A DNA stretch of 64,000 nt from Takakia lepidozioides (Eukaryota > Plantae > Bryophyta), in NCBI GenBank assembly GCA_030704615.1, contig CM060731.1, positions 310,001 to 374,000 on the forward strand, in the 5' to 3' direction. Under the pieces are notes generated by a model. That model saw only the letters and a program-made list of their open reading frames with translations. It did no database searches and was not told the origin of the DNA. The position numbers and the translations under genes were made by a program. Positions within the stretch are counted from its first letter, which is position 1. Every line of letters begins with the position of its first letter. This document shows positions 13,110-23,899 of this stretch, in pieces.

Positions 13110-14140
13110 GACACAACACTTGTTTGACAAGTTGTTTCACCCGCTGTTCTTTTCCCCAATCTTCCAAAATGAGGTCAAGGATATGAGCAACACAACCTTG
13201 ATAGTACATATGGGGATAACGTGCCAACAACATGTCTGCAGTGTTTCTCATGTTAGCGGCATTGTTTGTGCATATTTGCATGATTCTATTACTTCCGACA
13301 TGTTCGATGAAGTATGTCAATAGTTGACATTGATAACGTCCATCTTTCTTCTCGCCGCTAGTGTCGACCGATCCCAAGAATTGTTCCCCAGCTGGACATA
13401 CGAGCATGACATTGAACAATGGTCTGTTTGTAACAGAACTCCAACGGCACATATAGTGCTTCCATATTCTCTGATGCACTCATCCGTCCTATCGTTGACC
13501 TTTAGGATAAGCTCGGTCATGGCGTCTTCTAGCAATCTTGTGCGGAGATTGTGATAAGTCGGAGGCACGTACCTGGATCTGGACTCCAAGGTTGCTCTAA
13601 CGGCAGAAACAAATGTTGGAAGCCTTGCCACATTAAATGGTATGTTGGCCTCAAAAAAAAACTGTGCCCATTTTTTATCCACTGCCTTTTTGCACATAAG
13701 TTAAGACCTTCCTGCATGGATTGCTGTCGTAATCGTCTATTTCGTTGAAGTGTAAGGGTACAAAGAGGTGTTGAAGCAGGTGTTGCTTCGGCACAACCCA
13801 CTTGTCCAAGGACACCTGAAGCCTCACAAGAGTCGCTTTGGATACTAATCAGGGCATCATGACGGGAAGCTGAAGTAATCTATTCAGAGGTCATGTCCAG
13901 ATCCAGGGACATTGGAATATTGCCTCCACACTAGGCAAAGTGGCTTTTTACCCGCATAGATGATTTAGGGCATAAACCCACCCCAACGCTCTTCACACCT
14001 CTATAGCCGAGGTGAGCGAGCAACCGATCCTTACGATAAGAAAGCTTTAATCCACATAGATTGCACTTAACACTATCAGTGCTACTGACAGTGTTCGGGA
14101 TTGCCATATACCAAGGGCTCCATTCCTCCCTCATCTTCAC
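13110..14140 (-). pseudogene. hAT transposase 5' half (BED Zn finger + DUF659)
   Basis: CNLC...LLAHL BED-like finger; FFFEANIPFNVA, PPTYHNLRTRLL, FLGSVDTSGEKKD, QICTNNAANM, YPHMYYQGCVAHILDLILEDWGK. Frameshifts; C-terminal half lost. Confidence 0.9.
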
Positions 14141-14559
14141 CCAATATCCTCTCCCCTGGGCCCTAGCGATGTAAGCAACAAAAAACAGTCACTTATAAAT
14201 GAACGTGTTGTGAATGTAGAGTGCAATGCGATAGCCAAACACTTCTACACCTGTCAGCAACCCAAGTGGGTCGATGTGGATTGTAGTGTTGAGCTTATAC
14301 ACAATCTGTTGAAGTGGCTTTGGTGGAAGCCACAACGGCAAAAGGTGCGCACCCTCCTCTTGGGCTACACTTTCGTTCAATAGAAGAGAACATCCAAAAC
14401 AACCTCAAGTGTTTGCGACAAAAGAAGTGAGGAGCTTGGTGACCCTGCTCTCTTATATATGATCCAGGAAGGATGAAAGTGAAATGAAAGTGAAATGAAT
14501 AAATGACGAACCAATAGCGCTCACCCGAAAAAGACGGTACAACCATATTTGTTATAATT

Positions 14560-15540
14560 TTGAAATTAAGCGACCGTTAATACTACGGTCACTATTTTAT
14601 GAAAAACAAGTGACCGCCACTATTGCGGTCGCTTTTATTTCCTTTCATTTTGTGCAATATTACGGTCATTTTTATTTTGTATATTTTTAAATTTAAGCGA
14701 CCGCCCGAATGGCGGTCGATATTGTTTTTTATTTCAAAATATAATGTGACTGCCGGTATGGCGGTCGCTTCATTTGTTTATATACTTAAAATAAAACGAC
14801 CGCCAATATGGTGGTCCCTTGTATTCTTAAGATTTTTAAAAAAATGCGACCGCCAGTAAGGCGGTCGCTTTTAATAGTTTAAGCGACCTCCAGGCTGGCG
14901 GTCGCTTTTATTTTATATATTGTTAAATTAAAGCGACCGCCGGTTTGGCGGTCGCAAATATTGTATTATTTCAAATAAGCGACCACCGGTGTGGCGGTCG
15001 CTTTTATTTTCATATGTTGCTTGTTTTTTTATATAATTTCAAATTTACTGACCGCCATATGGCGGTCGTTTGTTTTTCTATATATTTTTGAAATTAAGTG
15101 ACCGCCAAATGGCGGTCGCTTGTTTTTTTATATATTTTTGAAATTATCTGACCGCCATATGGCGGTCGCTTGTTTTGTATATATTTGTAAAATTGTGCGA
15201 CCGCCAATACAGCAGTCGCTTGTTTTCTTTTTTAAATTAGGCGACCGCCAATCTTGTTTTTGTTTAAAAATAAATTGAAGCGACCGCCAATACGGCGGTC
15301 GCTATTTTTTTTTTAATTTCAAAAAACAAAGCGACCGCCATAATTGGCGGTCGCATTCATTTTGTTAATTTTCAAAATGTATTTGCCACCGCCACCGCCA
15401 CCGTGTCGGCGACGTGGCTTCATAAGTGGCAGTATTTTACCTAGTACTATTTTTACCAGAATATTCCCCGAACCTGACGTGACGGAGGTCCCGTCAGCGT
15501 CAGGTCTGACGTGACCTGACGCTGACGGACGGACGTGACG
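14560..15540 (-). repeat. hAT terminus + GCGACCGCC palindrome array upstream of the transposase
   Basis: About 17 palindromes at 14560-15355. 15360-15540 is the reverse complement of ~18630-18800. The outermost TIR bases are removed by satellite. Confidence 0.85.
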
Positions 15541-15544
15541 AAAC

Positions 15545-16690
15545 GAAATTCGTCAAATGAGCCAACAGATCGTTGCCCATCCAAATGATTTTCGTTCGCT
15601 TCGAGACTTGGCCAGTATGTCTAATGTACCATCTAACAAGTCCCAGAGTAATATGAAAATCAATCAAAATTCATTTAATGGGCCAATGAGGCATTCATGT
15701 GTCATCCAATTTTGTTCATTGCGAAAAAGAAATCCTGTCATGGGTGAACGGCCAATGCACCCATTGAACGGATGATGTTGAGACCCATCTTTTACCCGCA
15801 TGTGCTTGAATATGTGTGCAACACATGTGCGGAGAACCAATAGAAGAAACAAACATTTGCCTCCCCAACCACGCCCTCGCCCTTCCACCAATTTGCAATT
15901 AAATTGAGTTTAAATGAATTTCAAACAAATAAATATGTTTACATTGTCTTTGATCGGGGTTTTCTGCTACGTAACAATTTTATTTTTTGCTCAATCTTGT
16001 TCTCTGGCTTTTACCTTCCCACCGCTGCATCCCTACAAAATTTTGGACCAAACAAAAATGATCTTTTTTTTAAGTGTTCACTTTGCTTACTATTGCAGAA
16101 CTCTCTATGAAGAGTGCATGAAGTAAAAGACAAATTAAGTTCGGAGTGCAAATTAGGGAAGAAACTGTGATTTTGGGTCCTAATGACTTTTGTTCGCTAT
16201 GAAATTTGGCACGCACGTTGCATATGCCGTCATTAGATATATGACTAAGAAATGGAATGAAAAAAAAATCATGTGCACCCGAAACGCCGACCAACAGGTC
16301 CCAGAGTAATAGCACATCAAACGGAATTCATCCAACGGTTGAACGGATGGTTGCCCATCCAAATCATTTTTGTTTATTTTCAAACTTTGCCAGTACGTTT
16401 GGTACACCTTCTTTCAGGTCCTGGACTAATATGACATCAATCCAAAATTCATTCGATGGCTGAACGGATCGTTGCCCATCCGAACGATTTTGGTACATTT
16501 TCAGACTTTGCCATTGTGCTCAATGTACAATCTAAGAGGTCCCAGAGTAATATGAGATGAAACGAAATTCGTCCAATGGGCCAACGGATGGTTGCATATC
16601 CAAATGATTTCGTTCGCTTCGAGACTTGGCCAGTATGTCCAATGTACCATCTGACAGGTCCCAGAGTATTATGAGATCAATCAAAATTAT
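15545..16690 (-). repeat. Diverged ~993-bp satellite tract
   Basis: Same motifs and order as 5700-6975 but more substitutions. Confidence 0.85.
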
Positions 16691-17044
16691 ATTGTGCTTT
16701 GTTAACTTTGTGGGTATGTTCTTCATACGTAGTTTGAATTTTCGACATGATTATGTAATACGAGACTAGGCGAAATTTGTCAGGAAGACGAGCGTTCGTA
16801 ACTCATTATAACTTATTGATTAACATTCATTTTCCTTGTTGCCCATCTTTCGAAGTTCATTGCAGATACCCACATACACGTCATGACCAAATATTACACC
16901 ATTGTAAATTTGAGAGTGAACCACTTCTTCCACATCACATGAGTGCAAAACCGGAAGAAAACCCGTTACGTTGTTCATGAAATTGAAATTTATAGGTGCA
17001 AAATTGGTACATATACAAAATTGGCAGAGTGCTATCAGTGTGTT

Positions 17045-17240
17045 CAGTAACAACTTTCCGTGTGACCTTTTATACCGATGGACAGAACTGACTCTCTCAC
17101 GCTTTTCGACCCTACAATGTAAATCTCAGGGGAGGTCTCCCGTGAGATTTCTATCCCGTGAGATTAGTCACTGGAGATTAACCACGGGAGACCTCGCCTG
17201 AGAATGTCCACGGGAGATCTCCCCTGTGAAGCACGGGAGA
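17045..17240 (+). mobile_element. Left end of a small TIR element (CAGT-start, ~68-bp TIR) with GGGAGA motifs
   Basis: 17045-17112 is the reverse complement of ~22247-22314; 17120-17218 is directly repeated at ~22138-22236. No matching TSD. Confidence 0.6.
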
Positions 17241-17589
17241 CCATACCAGGAACCAAATATATACCGAAACCCACAGATTTCATCCTTATTTGGAGACTTC
17301 ATCCATAGTCTAAGTTTTATTTGGTTTTATTTTGCGATAATATGCATGTAAAAACTGGGAATTTTTGACAGAATATTTTATTTTATTTTTTTAGGTTGAA
17401 ATTTGGTGAAAACTCACCAATAAAAAAAAACATCAGACGGATCGGATGCGGACGGATCGGACGGTTCAGATGGCATCGACGTGGTCAGCATACAGGGAGC
17501 GCACGTTCGGGTACGTCAGAGTACAGGAGGCCCCCCGTGCCAGTATTTATTGCTTGTACGCCAGAGCAATCACCAGTAGAAAGAACTAG

Positions 17590-18045
17590 AAAAGGAGGAT
17601 GCACCCAATACTACCAATAGAACCATTTCAACGTTAATGGAGTTTTGACTTCGTGGGACCCATTAAACCTCCAACGAGGTACACACAGAACCAATACATT
17701 CTCACAACCACTGATTACACTACCAAGTGGGTAGAGGCCAAGGCACTAAGAGACAACACTGCCAGGTCAACAGCCAAATTCTTATATGAGAACATCATCA
17801 CACGATTTGGTTGCCCACTGGAATTCGTCAGTGAGCAGGGATCATATTTTATGAATGATGCCATAAAATGCTTGACGGAAGAGTTCATGATTGTACATCA
17901 CAAGAGCACTGTTTACTATCCCCAGGGAAATGGCCAAGCCGAATCTACCAACAAGATTTTATGCACTATCTTAACTAAGATAGTGAACGCCAATCGCATA
18001 GATTGGGACACCAAAATGAACACAGCACTATGGGCATTCAGGACT
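17590..18045 (+). pseudogene. Gypsy integrase core fragment
   Basis: DFVGPI..TDYTTKWVEA..ITRFGCPLEFVSEQG..YYPQGNGQAE; close relative of the integrase at 32382-33131. Confidence 0.9.
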
Positions 18046-18615
18046 GAGGATCAGTTGGAGACCAAGGTGGCCAAGGTTTTTGAAGAGGTTGAGAATGTTT
18101 CTTGCTCAGAGGATGTTCTCAAGGTGGCTATTGCGGAGCAAGTGGAGACTACGCCACAATCAGATTGGGCGGACAAGGCCCAAGAGGTTGCTATCTAGCA
18201 ACCAAAGGATTCGTCTCCTACCTCCAAGCCTGGTGTACCCAAGGTTGCAGTCACTGAGGACAATTGGGAACCAGATGTTGGACCTACAGTCAGCGGAGGA
18301 GAGAGACGGAGGATCCAACGATTTCTAAGGGCTTATAGAAATTGCTTTGCTTTCAGTTTGAAGGATTTGGGGAGTTTGAAAGGTCAGGAGATTCGTATTG
18401 ATTTGGCAAGTGACACGCCAATCTTTCGAAGGCCCTACCGGTATAGTGACATGGAGAGGTCATTGATCCAGTCACGGACTATGGAGTTGTTCGAAGCTGG
18501 ATTGGTGGAGTTGTCAGGCGGGGAGTATGTCTCAACAACGGTGATGCCAGCTAAGAAGGATATCTATGGCAATTGGACAGAAAGAAGGATGTGTGGGGAC
18601 TATCGTCTTGTGAAC
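18045..18615 (+). pseudogene. Gypsy pre-RT / RT N-terminal fragment of a different family
   Basis: IRIDLASDTPIFRRPYRYS...TVMPAKKD...RMCGDYRLVN; truncated by the hAT-like terminus at ~18616. Confidence 0.85.
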
Positions 18616-20650
18616 CGCCCGGTTATCAGCGTCACGTCCATCAGTCAGTGTCACGTCACGTCAGTCTTGACGCTGACATGACCTCCGCCACGTCAGGTTC
18701 CGGGAATATTCTAGTAAAAAGAATACCAGGTAAAATATTGTCATTTAAGCAGCCACGTCGCCGACAAGGTGGCGGTGACAAATACATTTTGGAAAATAAT
18801 AAAATAAAAGCGACCGCCGATTCTGGCGGTCGCTTTATATTTCGGAAATTAAAAATAAGAGCGACCGCCCACATGGTGTTTGCTTGATTTTTTTATATAA
18901 AACAACAAAATTGGCGGTCGCATGGGCGCTCGTCTACTTTAAAAAAAATAAAAATAACAACCTCCGTAATGGTGGTCGCATAATTTTGAAAATATATAAA
19001 AAAAAAGCGACCGCCATAATATGGCGGTCGCTTTATTTTACAAATATATTAAAAAAACCAACGACCACCATAATCGCTGCATTTTCAGAAATTAAAATTA
19101 TACAAGCGACCGCCAGTAATGGCTGCCGCTCTATTTTTAAAAAACAAAAACAAAAGCGACCGCCAATAATGGCGGTCGTTCTATTTAATAAAAAATAAAA
19201 AATAAATGTGACCGACATTACGGGCGGTCGCTGCATATTCTGAAATTTTAAAAAATATATATATTTTAAATTATTTTTAAATTTTAAATAAAGCGACAGC
19301 CATATTATGGCAGTCGTTGTTTTGTTTTGTTTTTGATTTTTTTTTTGAATTAAAGCGACCACCATAATATGGCGGTCGCTATATTTTAAATATATTAAAA
19401 AAACCAGCGACCGCCATAATATGGCAGTCGCTTTATTTTAAAAATAAATAAAAATAGTAAAAATATTTTAAAAATATTAGAAAAATTAGAAAAAATTTTA
19501 ATTTCAGAAAATGCAGCGATCGCCAGTTATGTCGGTCGCATTTATTTTTTATTTTCTTAAATAGAGCGACCGCCATTATTGGAGGTCGCTTTCGTTTTTG
19601 TTTTTTTTAAATAGAACGACGGCCATTACTGGCGGTCACTTGTATAATTTTAATTTCTGAAAATGCAGCGACTGCCAGTAATGACGATTGCTTTTATTTT
19701 TTATTTTTCTAAATAGAGCGACCGCTATTACTTGTGGTCATTTAAAAAATAATAGTAGAGCGACCGCCATTATTGGTGGTCGCTTGTATATTTTTAATTT
19801 CTGAAAATACAGTGACCGCCAGTAATGGCGGTCGCATTTTTTTTTCTTTCAACAAAAATAGATCGACTGCCATTATTGGCGGTCGCTTTTGTTTTTTATT
19901 TATTGTTAAATTGAGAGACGGCCATTACTGGCGGTCGCTTGTATATTTTTAATTTCTGAAAATGTTGCGACCACTAGCTATGGCGATCGCTTTTATTTTT
20001 CATTTTTTAAATAGAGCGACCGCCATTACTGGCGGTCGCTTGTATATTTTCAATTTCTGAAAATGTTGCGACTGCAAGTAATGGCGGTCGCTTTTATTTT
20101 TTGTTTTAATAGAGCGACCGTCATTACTGGCGGCCGCTTTTATTGTTTAATTTTTTAAATAGAGCGACCGTCATTACTGGCAGTCGTTTTTTTGTTGTTT
20201 TTTTAATATGTAGCGACCGCCTTGGTGGCGGTCGCTTCTAGAAGGTGTGCCTTACACGTGGACCGATGAATGAGAGGTGGGGGGCAGATAAGCCAAGGGA
20301 GGCTCATTCTCTCCACACAACTTATGTGCGACCGCCATTATTGGCGGTCGCTTGTATATTTTTTATTTCTGAAAATGCTGCGACTGCCAGTTTTGGCGGT
20401 CGCTTTTATTTTTCTTTGCGACCGCCATTACTGGTGGTTGCTTGTATATTTTTAATTTCTGAAAATGTTGCGATTGTCATTAATGGCGATCGCTTTTATT
20501 TTTTATTTTTTTAATAGAGCAACCATCGTTACTGGCGGTCGGTTTTATTGTTTAATTTTTTTAAATAGAGCGACCGTCATTACTGGCAATCGTTTTTTTT
20601 TTTTTTTTTTTTTTAAATGTAGCGACCACCATGGTGGTGGTCGCTTCTAG
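18616..20650 (+). repeat. Third hAT-like terminus with a long GCGACCGCC palindrome array
   Basis: cGCCCggTTATCA start resembles the 1618 terminus; ~170 bp homologous to 15360-15540; more than 30 palindromes; ends with a ~400-bp tandem duplication (20190-20330 vs 20600-20750). Confidence 0.85.
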
Positions 20651-21092
20651 AAGGTGTGATTTACGCGTGGACCGAGGAATGAGAGGAGGGGGGGGGGATA
20701 TGCCAAGGGAGGCTCATTCTCCCCTCACTTCCTCTCCACACAACTTATGTGTGCGTAACATGTAACTATTCAACGACACGTAGTCACGTGGAGAAGGAGG
20801 CCATTGGCTGGGGGGGATTTTTTTGTCGCAATTTTTGTGAAGTCGTTGCAGAATGCTCCTATAGCCCTTCCTCTGGCTTCCGGAAACATTTCATTCTACA
20901 AAATTAGCTTTTAACAACTATTATGACAATTATTCCAACCCGTTTCGTGTTAAGGGTATAGGGTCAATTGTAATTTTTCGATCGAGATCGCAGTTCTTTA
21001 ATTGTTAGCCATTTCCACGTTTGCTTCAGTAGTGTTTAACTTTCCGTTACTTATTAGTAAACGTCGTTTAGGGTTGCTCTGATTGTTACAAA

Positions 21093-22110
21093 ATGGCAGA
21101 GGCCGGCCAGGACGATGAGCGTCATGGAAGAGATGACCCCTATGAACATGGACTACCCCCTAAGAAAATCAAATAGTCAAGGCATGACTTGAATTGGGAA
21201 GTATATGATGATCCTAGCATACTATCAGAGAGAGGGATGGGAAGATTTTTCGGAAGAGTTCAGGTGGCCGAGCACGAGATGCAAAAAATTCGTGAAATGG
21301 TGTTACATCAATCAATTGTGGCCTAGACCTAGGCATATGGTGGAAACCAGAAACAATTGCGCGGACTCCAGGTCTTGCATGAACTTGCATTTCAATTTTC
21401 CAGCGTAGGGCGACTGAGGTGCATTGCACGTTGTGGGGTGAACCACTCTTAAAGGGCTAAATCCCGTACACCTTGGCAGCCATGTTGTACGTGGAGGTAA
21501 TACTGTTGCGTCCAATGAATTGACAAACTGCTAGTAGGAGGAACGCAACGATGCAATACCATTTCGTCGACATCCCGAACACGTTTGGAACATCCCTGGC
21601 TACGATACTGGGCGTGCGCGAGGCCCCGGTACTCCAGGCTATGATACTAGGCGTGCCCGAGGCACCGGTGCAACAAACATCTGGAATGTTAGAGGATGAA
21701 CTGGTAGAAACAAAACAGCGAGTCCGAACCCTGTAGGACCTTGTAGAATGACAGACTGCGCATAGCCGAGTTGGAAGGTACATTGCAAAACACGCCTCGA
21801 AACAATGAAGGCAATGTCCACAATGACGTTTGAACGAACGACGTGGACATGTCCGCGGAGTTTACAATGCCAGATCGTAGTATTGACCGCATCATTACCG
21901 GAATTACGGACGTCTTTTGACCCTCGTCACGTCGTGAGATTCTGCAAGAAAGTCAACTTTCACCGCAAAGTAAGCGGATGCTGGTCAGAATTGATCACAT
22001 GTCCTTGGGCCCCTCATTGACCACGAGATCACGGTCCCAGGTTCTCCGTATTGGCAGTGCAAATCAGACCACAACATCACATCCCTTGTCCCCGGACAGT
22101 GACGACGAGG
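21093..22110 (+). pseudogene. Decayed unknown gene behind the palindrome array
   Basis: ATG 21093, PPKKIK NLS-like motif. MMILAYYQREGWEDF resembles MMRLESAYVRHGWEGF of the 3125 ORF; the 3' part matches 8870-9050 (minus). Confidence 0.5.
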
Positions 22111-22134
22111 ATTCATGAGTAGCAACGTAGTACA

Positions 22135-22314
22135 TAGACATCTCAAGGGAGGTTTCCCTTGACATTTCTATCCCGTGAGAATAATCACTGGAGATTAAGC
22201 ACAGGAGACCTCCCCTGAGAATGTCCACGGGAGACCAGAGAATCGAAGGGTCAAAGAGCGTGAGAGAGTCAGTTCTGTCCATCGGTAAAAGGTTCACACG
22301 GAAAGGTGTCACTG
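22135..22314 (+). mobile_element. Right end of the small TIR element family seen at 17045
   Basis: Ends ...aaggtgtcACTG, inverted match to 17045-17112. Confidence 0.6.
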
Positions 22315-22587
22315 ACATTGATTCACTCCCTTTATCATGTTCTTTCTGAAAAGGAGAATATGTCAGGAATCAGGCATTGCATACGCTGAATTTTTGTTAG
22401 GGTGTCAGCCAAAACGTTGGCCAAGGTGTCATTACCTAGAAGATGAGACGCTGATGTCCGAAATCCAAGCACTTTTCGATGCGGACAACATTGAACAAGG
22501 GAAATGCATTAGAAGAACAATACTCCAGTCAATAATTCTCCAGTCAACAATACTCCAGTCATACCGGATTCCGCTCCTCCTTTCCAA

Positions 22588-23082
22588 ATGGAATATACCC
22601 TAGGAGAAGCTGCCTACGGTCCACTAGAGTACGTCCGAGAAAACCATACCCCTCCTGAGTACTTCCCAGAAGATTCACCAGAATACCACGCTGTCGAGTA
22701 CATCCCAGCAGATTCACCAGAATACATCAGAAACACCCCTGCCGAGTACATCCCAGCAGATTCACTGGAATACACCCCTGCCGAGTACATCCCAGCAGAT
22801 TCACCAGTATACACACCTGCAGAGCACATGTATATTCCAGCAGATTCACCAGTATACACCCCTATAGAGCACACGTACACACCAGGAGGGTATATTGAGA
22901 AACAAGATTTAATAGAGTTTGTAGATATTCCCGGATCACATTCCCTGAGTGCACAGGCGTCGAACTCAGTCGAAACTGACGAAATCTCGAAGATATTCCC
23001 TGATTGGGTTTCAGACAACGACTCTTGGAGTCCTAAATATTCCGGGCGACACCCGGAAGGGATCCTAAGCAGGATAACCTGA
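22588..23082 (+). CDS. 164-aa ORF with tandem (YTPA)EYIPADSP repeats
   Basis: Open frame with about 6 in-frame repeats (~39-nt unit); function unknown. Confidence 0.35.
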   Translation: MEYTLGEAAYGPLEYVRENHTPPEYFPEDSPEYHAVEYIPADSPEYIRNTPAEYIPADSLEYTPAEYIPADSPVYTPAEHMYIPADSPVYTPIEHTYTPGGYIEKQDLIEFVDIPGSHSLSAQASNSVETDEISKIFPDWVSDNDSWSPKYSGRHPEGILSRIT

Positions 23083-23899
23083 GAGCAGAGATCCGCACAG
23101 CATATCAGACTTGGCTAGATAGCCCAATGCATTGTGGTGTGACCATAGGGCAATTTCTTGACGTAGATTCTAGCAAACCATAGATGGTAGGTGGATCTGA
23201 TCATGGGAGGTCTCCCGTCTTTGTATTCAAGTACATCTCTAGTGTACCTGAAGCACCCCTGCGTTTTTTATTTATAAAGTACTTATTATTTCTATTATCG
23301 TTCTGAACCCTCCAAGTTGTTGTTTATGTGCTGTGTTGATCACGGGAGATCTCCCATCCTTTTATTCTGGTATCGCATTTGTCATATTGACAATGTGAAT
23401 TATCCATGTTGGTGGTCTTGTTCTTTGTTGATCACGGGAGATCTCCCGTCCCTGAATTGAGACATACGTCGATACGGTTCCGAAAGACCGTTCTGTTAGT
23501 TGTTTTTTGGTGTTTATATTAACGGGGTGTTCTTATGTTGATTGTGCTGCTAGAACACAGATCCATGGAATCAATCGCTGTAATGAGCGCTGACATTGCC
23601 GGTTCCTTCATATACCCACACCTTGAAGGATTCACAATAAAGCATCAGGGCTTCTACGAGCTAAAGAGGAGTATCGACTACTGGGGTATCGACGTTGCGG
23701 ACTCCCTGAACCTAGAGAAAGCCATCTTCCGTTACCAGATCAGTGCGGAAAATAAAACACTTCAGTGTTGTGATGTGTTGGGAATTGAAATTGAGGACTC
23801 GGTGAGGAATAACAAAGTTACCCTTCCGGAAAGGGGAGAAGGTATTTAGGTTCTCCGTTGATGCCATGAGTCTGAGTAGTGATCTGATGGGATTCGCAT

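Noticed and set aside
14560-20650. CRISPR/REP interpretation of the GCGACCGCC palindromes
   Set aside because: Linkers are low-complexity AT tracts of variable length, and one array lies directly upstream of a hAT transposase, consistent with subterminal repeats.
17045-22314. Single 5.3-kb TIR element
   Set aside because: No TSD (agtgtgtt vs acattgat) and the internal block is directly duplicated; more likely ends of two copies.
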